In this document: one piece after another, positions 41,023 through 50,765 of the stretch
Position numbering within the stretch: the stretch's first letter is position 1
How the letters are laid out: every line of letters starts with the position of its first letter
Notes under the pieces: model-generated
What the model was told of the DNA's origin: nothing
The model's input: the letters and a program-made list of their open reading frames with translations, nothing else
Databases searched by the model: none
Assembly (NCBI GenBank): GCA_963737155.1
Contig: CAVTRN010000002.1
Span: forward strand, 2,144,001-2,208,000
DNA length: 64,000 nt
Direction: 5' to 3'
From: Nitrospirota bacterium
Lineage (GTDB): Bacteria; Nitrospirota; UBA9217
Translations under genes and position numbers: made by a program

Positions 41023-42711
41023 ATGGCAAGTAATAAGGATAAAATGGGCAAGAGCGGCAAAAGTGAAGCACTTTCTTTTACCGCTCAAACTTTGCTGATT
41101 GACATGTCTTACCTGGACACAAAGAAGTCTCTTTATCATGTTCTTGACGATATCGGCGACTCATACGGGCACATCAAACGCTCTCTTTTTAAAGACAGCG
41201 GTCGTTCCGGCAACAAACCCATTTCATTCAAAAATGAGTGTCTTGTCAGGTATGGTATCACCGCCCGGCAGTTTAACGCTATCCGCTACGATCTTGACGG
41301 CAATATCAGCTCCGCGGTTGAGGTATTAAAACTACGGGTTGAAAAGCTCGAGCACAAAATAAAATCTGCGAGAAAATGGATTAAAACCAGAGAGAACCGT
41401 ATCATTGACATACGCAAAGACACGGAATTGTCCGAATATGAGAAAACGACCAGCGTGGATTCTCTCCGTTTTGCGGTCCACAACAAAAAACGGAAGCTCC
41501 ATTCATCGGAGCAGAAACTGGAAAAGCTGAAATACGATTTGGACAAAGGCCGAATCAGGATTTGCTTTGGGACAAAGAAACTTTTCCACAAGCAGTTCAG
41601 CCTTTCTGAAAACGATTATAAATCCCACAATAACTGGCTGTCTGCCTGGAAGGCTGCCCGAAGCTCTTCATCGTTTTGTCTGGGATCGAAGGATGAAACG
41701 GCCGGCAACCAGACCTGCACGCTTGGCATCGACGGGTCGCTCAGGATACGGGTCCCAAACTATCTTGCCAAAAAATACGGTAAACACATCATGGTGCCTA
41801 CCGTAACATATCCTTACGGGCAGGAATATATTGAGCAGGCACTCCCGCGCGGCCAGGCAATCACCCACCGGTTTGTCCGTGGCGAGAAGGGTTGGTATCT
41901 GTATTCATCGGTTGATATCCCCCAAAGAGAAACAATTACCGGGAAACCGCAAGAAATCGGATGTATTGGCGTAGATGCAAACGAAAAAGAGATTGCTGTT
42001 TCCGAGACTGACCGGTTCGGCAATCTTGTCTGGCACACAACGTATCCTGCATGTATAAAAAACAGAACCACGGAACAGACCGTGGCAACTTACGGTGATA
42101 TCTGCGTCGGCATTATCGACCGGTCAATTAAAACCGGGAAACCCGTCGCTCATGAAACTCTTGACTTCGAAAAGAAGAAAGCATCTCTCAAGGAACAGGG
42201 AGTAACGTATGCGCGGATGCTGTCCGGGTTCGCCTATTCCATCTTTTTAAACATGCTTGACCGCAGAGCATTTAAGGCAGGCGTCGGTGTGCTCTCCGTG
42301 AATCCTGCTTACACATCCGTTATCGGCAGAAACAATTATATGTCTTTTCATGGCATCTCGCCGCATGAAGCAGCGGCGCTTGCTATCGCGAGAAGAGTTC
42401 AAGGATATTCCGAGTCTCCCATACCAGGCAGAACCGCCTCCCCTCTACCTGTAAGGAATCGAGAGGAGCACATCTGGAAGTTTTGGAGCAAGATGAAGAC
42501 TCGGGGAGGTTGTGGAAATCATCACAGTCTCTACCAACGACGGTCCTTACAGGACTCCCCAGGCTGCGCTGAATTGCAGAAGAAGCGATCATCCCGTCGA
42601 CAGCGCAATTCTCCGGGCCACCTGCCAGCAGCAGTCTTGCTGAAAAGGCGCCAGAAGCAATCCCGATCAGCAAACAACGGGACTTGGGCGAATCAGGGCG
42701 GGAATCCCTGA
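41023..42711 (+). CDS. tnpB: IS607-associated TnpB-related RuvC nuclease
   Basis: IGVDAN (RuvC-I), HETLDF (RuvC-II), VNPAYTS...HEAAALAIARR; no zinc finger; basic C-terminal tail. Confidence 0.85.
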   Translation: MASNKDKMGKSGKSEALSFTAQTLLIDMSYLDTKKSLYHVLDDIGDSYGHIKRSLFKDSGRSGNKPISFKNECLVRYGITARQFNAIRYDLDGNISSAVEVLKLRVEKLEHKIKSARKWIKTRENRIIDIRKDTELSEYEKTTSVDSLRFAVHNKKRKLHSSEQKLEKLKYDLDKGRIRICFGTKKLFHKQFSLSENDYKSHNNWLSAWKAARSSSSFCLGSKDETAGNQTCTLGIDGSLRIRVPNYLAKKYGKHIMVPTVTYPYGQEYIEQALPRGQAITHRFVRGEKGWYLYSSVDIPQRETITGKPQEIGCIGVDANEKEIAVSETDRFGNLVWHTTYPACIKNRTTEQTVATYGDICVGIIDRSIKTGKPVAHETLDFEKKKASLKEQGVTYARMLSGFAYSIFLNMLDRRAFKAGVGVLSVNPAYTSVIGRNNYMSFHGISPHEAAALAIARRVQGYSESPIPGRTASPLPVRNREEHIWKFWSKMKTRGGCGNHHSLYQRRSLQDSPGCAELQKKRSSRRQRNSPGHLPAAVLLKRRQKQSRSANNGTWANQGGNP

Positions 42712-42804
42712 CGTTAACCGGCAGCAGCACTGTTCGGCTGCCGTCATAGTTATGAGAAATAAAATACTATGTTTTTAGGAACGGTTAAAACGGCAGTACT
42801 AGCA
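42560..42804 (+). ncRNA. Predicted TnpB right-end (omega) RNA scaffold plus flank-derived guide
   Basis: Hairpins TCAGGG/CCCTGA (42693-42711) and CGGCAGC/GCTGCCG (42719-42743) before the AGGAACGG end; 5' boundary uncertain. Confidence 0.55.
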
Positions 42805-43016
42805 ATCGTCTTGGCATCGAAAGTGAGATTGTCAATCGTGGATGCTGTTGATCCATTACAGTAGTTGAACATTAGCTTAATCTTCTCCGTTTAATCAAGT
42901 GGGAGCTTTCTGCCTATGCATCGGTAACTTCTCCTTAGCAGAGAGAGAGCTATATATATAATCCAAGCTGTCGGTCAAAAAGACATGTCTCTCTTCCCGC
43001 TCCGTCGTTTTTTCCT

Positions 43017-43430
43017 CTAATGCGGTTGCTCGATCTTCGTAAGCAGCGTCATCAGCATATTATAAATGAAAAGCAAAATCGTCACGGCCTGGACCGCCCC
43101 CGATACGACAGTTATCATCCAGAAGGTGTCATTCGGGTTATAGACGTTCAATGTGTAAAAAACCAGCATTGAAATAAGAGATAAGTTTGCGAGATAAAAT
43201 TGGGTCTCGGCAATCCTGTTGCTGTAAAGAGGCCTGCCCATGAACCGGGGCAGGATGTGATATCCTACACCGAAGATCATCATCGATACCCATCCCAACA
43301 TGTTTAGATGAGAGTGTACGAACTTCAATGTCGAGATATTCTGGTTTTCGAGCATTATGACGCCTAGCAGGCATGCAATACCAAGATACACAACACTCAT
43401 CACAATAAACCCTTTTACGAATTTATCCAC
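43017..43430 (-). CDS. Small four-TM membrane protein resembling a heme-copper oxidase subunit I fragment
   Basis: HSHLNMLGWVSMMIFGVGYHILPRF; GTG start after AGGAGG. Confidence 0.75.
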   Translation of the reverse strand: MDKFVKGFIVMSVVYLGIACLLGVIMLENQNISTLKFVHSHLNMLGWVSMMIFGVGYHILPRFMGRPLYSNRIAETQFYLANLSLISMLVFYTLNVYNPNDTFWMITVVSGAVQAVTILLFIYNMLMTLLTKIEQPH

Positions 43431-43621
43431 TCGTTTATCCTCCTTTTCGTACCAAATTCGGCATTTTAAAATAGACTTAGTCTTTATTAAACAATATGTT
43501 ATTGAAATATATTAACTACATGATATTCTTAATTCTACCCAACGGGTTATTTAAAATTTAAGCATCTTATTGATTACCATCGCGTCAACTTCCGTTTTCA
43601 GGTTAGATTGACGTTGACCGC

Positions 43622-43664
43622 AGTGTAGCACTCAATCCTCTGAAGAGTTATGATATGGCTCATA
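43622..43664 (-). promoter_or_regulatory. Crp/Fnr class II promoter (HcpR-like box)
   Basis: TATGA-tatggc-TCATA at 43649-43664; extended -10 TGcTACACT on the minus strand at 43630-43622; box centred near -41.5. Confidence 0.7.
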
Positions 43665-44027
43665 GTTTATCATTGATTAAGAATAAACATATTTTCTAAT
43701 GTGTACCTCGCTCGCTATTAACAGCGGCGATAAGCCGCCCTATTTTCATGAGTATTTTCATGGGATGCAACAGCCGGTTCAAATTAAAACGGCCAAAAGG
43801 TGTCAGGTAACGAATGGACTTCGTAACAAGCTTTTGGCGATTTAAATAAGCATTTGAGGCAAAGTCACCGTGATAGACAACCTTATACTGAAATTAAATA
43901 AACTCGTTACGAAAGGGCTAGAACAAAATGCAAAGGTCACTCGATTTTTCAGAGAGACACCTTCAATTAATGTGAGAATCAATATTCTTTGAACGATGTC
44001 TTCCAAAAGGAGAACTGTCCAACCAGA

Positions 44028-45425
44028 CTATAATTCAAGTCTCAGCCATTCATTAAACGATTTAAGCGCGCTTTCGCTAAGGGCAATGCTGTGTTTTTTA
44101 AATTTAATCAACCTAGTGTCAAATTGAATTTTTATGTCTCCATTCATTAGATACTCAATGCTATTATTAAATTGATGTCCCGCAATAGCCCGTCGATCAT
44201 ACTCAAAATAGTTATCCAGTTTATCATGCAAACAGCATGCTTTATAGGGCAACAACCAAACTGTATACATCCCTCCGTGCCTAATACCTGCGTATAATGA
44301 TTGTAATAAAGAGGTTGGAATAGTAATTTTGAACCGTCCAGCATCTGGTTTTGCCTGACTTCGAGTAATTTTTTGCAACCTCGTCAATGCATCGTCTTTG
44401 GCTGCTTTGTTCATTCCTCTTGGCTGAAATCCGAATCGCCAAAAACTATATATCTGTAACAAACCCCAAATGCACTGGAACAGTCCCAGTATATCGAATA
44501 TGTTGAAACCCTTTTCAGTGAGCTTGTAGCCGTAAAGTCGAACAGCGTTGGCTAGTGCATTATCAAAGTTTAAGTTCCACAGGCCCGCTGCGATTAGTGC
44601 AATTCCATTCAGGTAACCAACCAGTGTGCTTTTCTTAGCTTGCCCAATAACACCGAAAGCAAGCATGCCCATTGCAATTATACAGCCACCATAAATAATA
44701 AAGGTGAAGGTATCTCCAGAGAAAGTATCAATTTTCGAGAGCAGTTCGACTATTTTTACGTGTTGCACAAACCACATCACTAAATCGAATGATCCCCACA
44801 CAAGTAGCGACTCGCTTGCAGTCGGAATCAATCTGTCTCGCACAATGGTGTTGATAATGCGTTTGTCAGGTAGTTCTCTAGCGTTTTGAATATAATCTGA
44901 GCTAATTAAACGGTCAAGAAAGTAGCTAACAATCGCATTACGTTTCTTTTTCCTCGCAATTATGACCAAGATTAGTGTAGCATAGAAAGCTATAATCACA
45001 ATGAGAAAATAGCACAGTTTTAGCGAGATGCTGTGCTTAAAGGAGATTCCCCTTCCTACTATGAATAAGATCAATACTCCAATAATAAATAAGACCACCA
45101 GAGGTATCCGCATAACTTCGGGATCAGGCTGGAAAATGTGGCTGGTAACAATAGCTCCGTGTCGTCGCAACAACTTAACCACGGCTTTATGGCCCTTTAA
45201 CGCAGCCCACTGCAAAGGCGTCCTACCGTCATTGTCCTTCGCATTGACATCGCCATTATTGGCCAGTAGCAATTCTGCCACGGCCTTGTGACCGTTACCC
45301 GCCGCATAGTGCAAAGGCGTTTCGCCAAGATTGTCTTTGCTGTTCACTTGATCACGATTGACTTGAAGTAGCTCCTTGACTCTTTTCAAATCGCCATTCC
45401 GGGCAGATACATGTAAAGAGTGCAT
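44028..45425 (-). CDS. Ankyrin-repeat protein fused to a multi-TM region
   Basis: About three ANK repeats (GETPLHYAA, GRTPLQWAA) followed by hydrophobic helices; more AT-rich than neighbours; start uncertain. Confidence 0.75.
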   Translation of the reverse strand: MHSLHVSARNGDLKRVKELLQVNRDQVNSKDNLGETPLHYAAGNGHKAVAELLLANNGDVNAKDNDGRTPLQWAALKGHKAVVKLLRRHGAIVTSHIFQPDPEVMRIPLVVLFIIGVLILFIVGRGISFKHSISLKLCYFLIVIIAFYATLILVIIARKKKRNAIVSYFLDRLISSDYIQNARELPDKRIINTIVRDRLIPTASESLLVWGSFDLVMWFVQHVKIVELLSKIDTFSGDTFTFIIYGGCIIAMGMLAFGVIGQAKKSTLVGYLNGIALIAAGLWNLNFDNALANAVRLYGYKLTEKGFNIFDILGLFQCIWGLLQIYSFWRFGFQPRGMNKAAKDDALTRLQKITRSQAKPDAGRFKITIPTSLLQSLYAGIRHGGMYTVWLLPYKACCLHDKLDNYFEYDRRAIAGHQFNNSIEYLMNGDIKIQFDTRLIKFKKHSIALSESALKSFNEWLRLEL

Positions 45426-45958
45426 ATTATTCACGGGTCCTCCGAATGACTGTCTGCTAAAAGCATGCCTTGTTTTCCGTACATTGTCAGAGCCCGGCAT
45501 CAGGAACACGAGGCCTGAAAATATATTGTGATAATAGATACCCACGGCTTATGCCCATGGCGCGTTTGCTTCGCTTTTAATAAAACAGACTTTAGGCTTC
45601 ATCAACTATCATGTCAAATGGAAGTTGAAAAATTTTTCGTGGATAGATTTACCGGAATCAGCACCTTTAGCCCACACCCGTCTTGCGGGACGCAGGAAAG
45701 TTTTAGTAAAATTCTTAATATAATCAGGATATTATAAGGGCGTATATTTAGCGGACCGTTTTCTCGACTGGCCGAAGTCTGTACAGGGAAATAGAGTAGC
45801 CGTTTCCCTATGCGTCAGTAGACGCTTTAAATACGTTCGTTTAACGTCACAGGTCATTTCCCGTCTATTCCTTGGGAATCAAGTTATTGTTTGTTTGTGA
45901 AGCAGGAAGATGTCACATTTCTCTCACGAGATGGCTCGTCGTGTTTCATAAGACAAAA

Positions 45959-46001
45959 TATGATACAGGTCATAACATATCTTTTCGCTTTCTGGTAAAG
46001 T
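45959..46001 (+). promoter_or_regulatory. Crp/Fnr class II promoter (HcpR-like box)
   Basis: TATGA-tacagg-TCATA at 45959-45974; extended -10 TGgTAAAGT at 45993-46001; same spacing as the 43649 site. Confidence 0.7.
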
Positions 46002-46030
46002 ATAAACAAGAAACAACCTAGGAGGCCACC

Positions 46031-46243
46031 ATGATTGCTGAAACAAAGAAAGTAACAAAAGATTCCATTATCGGTGATGTTATAAAAATGAGCTCCAGCG
46101 CTAAGGCGGTTATCCAAAAACATTTCGGGAACGGCTGTTTCACCTGCCCTGGAATTAACATGGAGTCCATTTCATTCGGCTCGATGATGCACAATATGGA
46201 CCCGAACAAAATTGTTGAAGAGATCAACGCTCTGGAGGAATAA
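46031..46243 (+). CDS. DUF1858-like small Cys-containing protein
   Basis: VTKDSIIGDV...GCFTCPG...ESISFGSMMH; AGGAGG RBS. Confidence 0.8.
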   Translation: MIAETKKVTKDSIIGDVIKMSSSAKAVIQKHFGNGCFTCPGINMESISFGSMMHNMDPNKIVEEINALEE

Positions 46244-46503
46244 TATGGTAATTAAGGAAATAAAATGTTTTGTATGCAATAATAACGAGGCATCCCGAGT
46301 TTATCTGCCCTGTTACCATGAAGGCAAGGAAAAAATGGTTTGCACCCAATGCCTGCCTATTCTGATTCATGGAGCGCATTAACCACTCTATCCTAGCGCC
46401 CGGCGGAACTGTGAAGGTTGTCCGTCGGGCTATTCTTTCCCGCCCAAAATTCAATCGGGAAAAAGCAGTAGAATTTCTTCTCTCATGCTGGTAAACTGCC
46501 ACT

Positions 46504-47187
46504 ATGAAGAAAGAACTCGCGATTGTACTTGTCAGTGGTGGGATGGATAGCTGTGTCTGCGCGGCCTTGGCGGGCGTGGATTACCGGCTGGCCTTTCTCC
46601 ACGTGAACTACGGCCAAAGGACCGAAGTGCGGGAGTTGCAGGCATTTAATGATATTGCGGATTTTTTAAAAACCGAGAAGCGCCTCATCGTTAGTATAGA
46701 GCACTTTAAAGTTATCGGAGGCTCCGCCCTAACCGATACGAGAATTCCCATCCCTGAACTTGGAACTCCTAACCCCGAAATCCAGACTGCTTCCGTTCCC
46801 CCAACCTACGTCCCCTTCCGGAATGCTCACTTGCTCGCCATAGCCGTATCCTGGGCAGAGGTCATCGGAGCAACAAAGATATTCATCGGTGCGGTAGAAG
46901 AAGACAGCTCGGGTTATCCTGACTGCCGGGAATCGTTTTATCAGGCCTTCAATAAGGTCATAGAAATAGGTACTAAGCCGCAAACACGGATACAGATCGT
47001 AACCCCGCTGATTCATCTGAAGAAGTCGAAAATCGTCAGGGAAGGCGCTAGGCTCGGCGCTCCGCTCAACCTGACCTGGAGTTGCTATCAAAACAGCGAA
47101 CGAGCCTGCGGCAGATGTGAAAGCTGTGCACTGCGGCTAAAAGGATTCAGGGAGGCCGGTCTGGAAGATCCAATTCTGTACGAATAA
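46504..47187 (+). CDS. queC: 7-cyano-7-deazaguanine synthase
   Basis: SGGMDS, YGQR, TYVPFRN, GYPDCR, TWSCY...CGRCESC. Confidence 0.96.
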   Translation: MKKELAIVLVSGGMDSCVCAALAGVDYRLAFLHVNYGQRTEVRELQAFNDIADFLKTEKRLIVSIEHFKVIGGSALTDTRIPIPELGTPNPEIQTASVPPTYVPFRNAHLLAIAVSWAEVIGATKIFIGAVEEDSSGYPDCRESFYQAFNKVIEIGTKPQTRIQIVTPLIHLKKSKIVREGARLGAPLNLTWSCYQNSERACGRCESCALRLKGFREAGLEDPILYE

Positions 47188-47660
47188 CATAGAATTTACA
47201 ATAATTGCACATTACACTTTCCGGCACATATAATTAGAATCTAATCGTGCAAAACATGTTCAATGTGCACGACACAATCACTTATGTACCTGCCTCTAAC
47301 AAACGATTATATTCAGCGGGATTTCAAGTAGGGGGATGTATCCAGATTTAGCCGTATTGCATCAACGAGTATGGAAAGCTAGCCAGCCGGATAAAGGTAG
47401 AGGATTGATTTGATGGTTTAAGTTTTACGTCGATGGGCTGCCGTCGTGTTGCAATAAAATGCTATGGCTTTTTGAGCAGCAGTCAGTGGTTGTGCGGATA
47501 AGTTGTTTACAGCAAGTCCCAGAAAAGGAAATATATAAAACATTAAAATATCGGTATAAAAATATTTAACATGTCTTGTCAATCGTTTTCTGATATAGTT
47601 TCTTATATTTTTGCCTGTACCCCGCCGAATGACGGGAACATTGAAAGGAGCACTTCTCTT

Positions 47661-48263
47661 ATGGCGGACCAGACCGTAAAAGACTTGAAAAAAGATATAT
47701 ATTTGGTGATACACAAGGCGCAGGAAATGCTTGAACTGACTGAGGAAGGGTTCATGAAAAATAAAGTGAGCTCCCTTGATGAAGCGGATGATCTCGCCGA
47801 TGAAATTCACACAAAAGAGGATGCGCTAACGACCACGCTCGCAAAAATGGCCGCGACCAGCAACGAGGCCCGCTCAATACTGTCTGTTCCAGCCCATGTC
47901 GAAAAGATCGCCACGAGTATCAAACGCATAAACGAAAACAGCCGAAGCAGAATCAAGGAAGGACTTCTGTTTAGTGATAAAGCAATCCTCGAAACAGGTA
48001 AGCTGTTCGCCAAGAGTAAAGATATCCTCAAAAAAGCTGGCGAGGCTACTGTGACAAGTTCCTCCGCGACTTTCAACACCGTTTTGGCTGACAGCGATGC
48101 GCTCGAAAAAATGGCGAATGATTATGCGACCGCCCACGAAGAAAGGCTTGTCACCGGAGAATGCTCCCCCAAGTCGTCATCAACCTATTTGTGCATCCTA
48201 TATGCTTTTGAAGATATGGGTTCACATATTAAGAATACGATCAAAAAACTTTCCGAAAAATAA
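47661..48263 (+). CDS. PhoU-domain protein (resembles the C-terminus of Na/Pi cotransporters)
   Basis: Helical protein; LLFSDKA..E and HEERLVTGECSPKSS..Y motifs; AGGAG RBS. Confidence 0.65.
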   Translation: MADQTVKDLKKDIYLVIHKAQEMLELTEEGFMKNKVSSLDEADDLADEIHTKEDALTTTLAKMAATSNEARSILSVPAHVEKIATSIKRINENSRSRIKEGLLFSDKAILETGKLFAKSKDILKKAGEATVTSSSATFNTVLADSDALEKMANDYATAHEERLVTGECSPKSSSTYLCILYAFEDMGSHIKNTIKKLSEK

Positions 48264-48412
48264 CTTATCTGCATTCCTTTTTCGCTACGTTCCCAGCCCT
48301 TCGACAGCATCTGTATTTGCTAATCCTGTCGAAGGCAACATTTCCCATCATCGCGTTTTATGTATTCACTAATCACCTCAAAATTTCCACCTTCTTAAAA
48401 GGAGGTGCAGTT

Positions 48413-49192
48413 GTGCTGGCATCCAAAAAACCCTTAATAGGCGTTGCGCTTTCAGGCGGTGCCGCCCGCGGGATTGCCCATGTTGCCGTCCTTGATACGC
48501 TCGAACGAGAAGGAATCCCCATTCATGCGATTGCAGGCACTAGCGCGGGAAGCATGGTGGGAGCCCTCTATGCCTCCGGCATCCCCACCATGGAAATCCG
48601 GCGGATTCTTCTCAACGCGAAATGGAAAAATATCCTGAAATTTGCAGTCCCGAAACTAGGCCTTGTGTCCAGTGAAGGGATCTTCGAGTTCATGGACTCG
48701 CTCCTTAAGGGGAAAAAGTTTTCTGAGCTCCAATTGCCTTTTGCAGCTGTTGCGACTGATCTGCGGAGTGGTGAAAAAGTTACCATTACTTCGGGGTCTG
48801 TTGCTCGTGCTGTTCAGGCTAGCTGCAGCCTCCCGATCATCTTCACACCGACGGAAATCAACAAACGTGCGCTCATTGACGGTGGTGTTTCCAGCCAGTT
48901 ACCGGTCAGATCTATGCGGGAGGAATTGGGGGCTAAAATAGTCGTTGCTGTTGACGTGAATTATCGTGCCCTTGAATCTGACGAGTTCGACAATATCGTG
49001 AAGATTGCCACACACCTATCAGCGCTCTGGGCATCGCGAAACGCTCGAGAGGAGAAAAAGCTTGCTGATGTGGTGATTCAAGTAAGTGCGCGGGGGATCG
49101 GTTTGCTCGAGCTTTCGAAATCAAAAGAACTCCTTCAACGGGGGAAAAAAGCGACTGAGGATAAATTATCGGAGATAAGGGCCTTACTATGA
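48413..49192 (+). CDS. Patatin-like phospholipase
   Basis: LSGGAARG, GTSAG, ASCSLP, DGG. Confidence 0.92.
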   Translation: MLASKKPLIGVALSGGAARGIAHVAVLDTLEREGIPIHAIAGTSAGSMVGALYASGIPTMEIRRILLNAKWKNILKFAVPKLGLVSSEGIFEFMDSLLKGKKFSELQLPFAAVATDLRSGEKVTITSGSVARAVQASCSLPIIFTPTEINKRALIDGGVSSQLPVRSMREELGAKIVVAVDVNYRALESDEFDNIVKIATHLSALWASRNAREEKKLADVVIQVSARGIGLLELSKSKELLQRGKKATEDKLSEIRALL

Positions 49193-49314
49193 CTGAATAC
49201 ACATTTAGTCGATCACTTTTTGGTAACTTTTCTGAGTAGTATAACAAACCTCAGCCGGCAGTTCAGTCCGCACAAGCTGAGGTTCGGTTATCAATCGAGA
49301 GGCGCCCCAACTTA

Positions 49315-50607
49315 TTAATGTTTAAACACACGCTGACCTGTGAAGACCATAGTCACCTTTGGGCTCGCCTCGTTACAGGCTTGAATTGACTCGAAATCGC
49401 GGTCAGAACCGCCTGGCTGCACGATAGCTGATATCCCCTCTTTGAGACCTACATCAACACCGTCACGGAATGGGAAAAATGCATCAGAGACCATGACGGA
49501 CCCGATAAGACCTCCCTTGTCCTTCTTAGTCTGCGCATCAATTTCCCTGAGAGAGCCTTTCTCCCTCTTTCCTGTGCCCTCTTCCTGTTCGAGCTGCTTG
49601 TAAGGTATGCCGTATTTCTTAAAGCAGAGAGCATCGGCGTATTTTGTATAAGCCTTAAAAATCGCGATTTCAGCAACGCCGACCCTGTCCTGTTCTCCCG
49701 TACCAATGCCGACGGTTGCGCCGTCTTTCACATAAATTACAGAATTGGATGTGATCCCCTGTTCCACATTCCAGCCGAACAGCATATCGTCGTATTCCCG
49801 ATCCGTCGGTTTTCTCTCTATTCTATATTCCCGTCCCTTGTATATCGTCATGGCTTCCTGGAAATCTTCTTTTTTGCGAATCTTATTTGTTTGTGACTGC
49901 TGCACAATGATGCCGCCATCTATGAGTGCTTTGAACTCTACAAAGCTCATGTCACGGTATTTAGCAAGCTCGTTGATATTCTCTAGTTTAATGATTCTCA
50001 AATTCTTCCGCTTTGACAGGATTTCAATAGCGCCTTCCTCATATTCAGGAGCGGCAACAACCTCCAGATAGTTTGCATTCGCCATTTCGGCTGTTTGCCT
50101 GTCAATGGGACGGTTTAAAACGAGACAACCGCCGAACGCCGCAATGCGATCGGCCATATTTGCTCGTTCATAGGCTTCCGCCGCAGTCTTGCCGTATGCA
50201 ACGCCGCAGGGGTTGTTATGTTTCATGATAGCCGCAGTGGGACGGTCCATAAGGAACTTCAAGATATTGAGTGCATTGTCAAGATCGGTGAAATTCGTTT
50301 TGCCAGGATGTTTGCCTGTCTGAATCATCTGCTCCTCGGTAATACTGCTCACGAGACCGTTGCCTGGTTCGATGAATTTTACTCCGGTTAGAGAAAGATT
50401 CCCCTTTACGAGCTGATACATAGCCGCTTGCTGATCGGGATTTTCGCCATAACGGAGTCCTTTTTCGATAAATTCTTTGCTTCCTTCCTCGGCGAGTTTC
50501 CATGCCCTCTTTTGGTATACCAGTTTCTGATCACCGAAGGATATGGTCATTTCCATCGGAAAGTTATCGGACATGATGGTTTTATACATCTTCTTAATAT
50601 CAGACAT
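49315..50607 (-). CDS. purH: PurH-family AICAR transformylase domain protein (short form)
   Basis: LRYGENPDQ, MKHNNPCG, SNSVIY, SDAFFPFRDG, QPGGS.RD, FTGQRVFKH; no N-terminal MGS domain. Confidence 0.85.
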   Translation of the reverse strand: MSDIKKMYKTIMSDNFPMEMTISFGDQKLVYQKRAWKLAEEGSKEFIEKGLRYGENPDQQAAMYQLVKGNLSLTGVKFIEPGNGLVSSITEEQMIQTGKHPGKTNFTDLDNALNILKFLMDRPTAAIMKHNNPCGVAYGKTAAEAYERANMADRIAAFGGCLVLNRPIDRQTAEMANANYLEVVAAPEYEEGAIEILSKRKNLRIIKLENINELAKYRDMSFVEFKALIDGGIIVQQSQTNKIRKKEDFQEAMTIYKGREYRIERKPTDREYDDMLFGWNVEQGITSNSVIYVKDGATVGIGTGEQDRVGVAEIAIFKAYTKYADALCFKKYGIPYKQLEQEEGTGKREKGSLREIDAQTKKDKGGLIGSVMVSDAFFPFRDGVDVGLKEGISAIVQPGGSDRDFESIQACNEASPKVTMVFTGQRVFKH

Positions 50608-50765
50608 TAATTCCTCCTTAAAACGATCATCTAACGTTGAATGGTATAATATGGACTGCTGATAATTATGTATATGCTACAATTCGCTCTTTTATTTAGG
50701 CTTAGCGGGACAGCCACCAATAAGTTATAACTTGATAATTCTGTTATACATTTTCTAAGACTCTT

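Larger units (their letters stand above)
38827..41033 (+). pseudogene. tnpA: IS607 TnpA serine recombinase, split by IS1380 after codon 15
   Basis: Removing 38872-40511 restores in-frame MKLSVWAKQQGITYQ-AAWKWWKAGKLP...YARVSSHDQK...RDRLMRFG. Confidence 0.9.
38771..42784 (+). mobile_element. IS607-family element (tnpA interrupted by IS1380, tnpB intact)
   Basis: GG at both ends (38771-38772 and 42783-42784); left-end direct repeats 38786-38803/38806-38823 (16/18 identical); serine recombinase followed by overlapping tnpB. Confidence 0.85.

Noticed and set aside
42785-42800. The predicted TnpB guide shares AAACGGCAGT with the IS1380 inverted repeat at 40492-40501
   Set aside because: Only a 10-nt match, with mismatches next to the TAM position and no GG TAM at the IS1380 site; compatible with chance
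43440-50760. Several AT-rich spacers start with YAAC motifs (about 43539, 43719, 47297, 50632), reminiscent of attC inverse cores
   Set aside because: I could not find matching GTTRRRY ends with paired L boxes, and there is no integron integrase in the window
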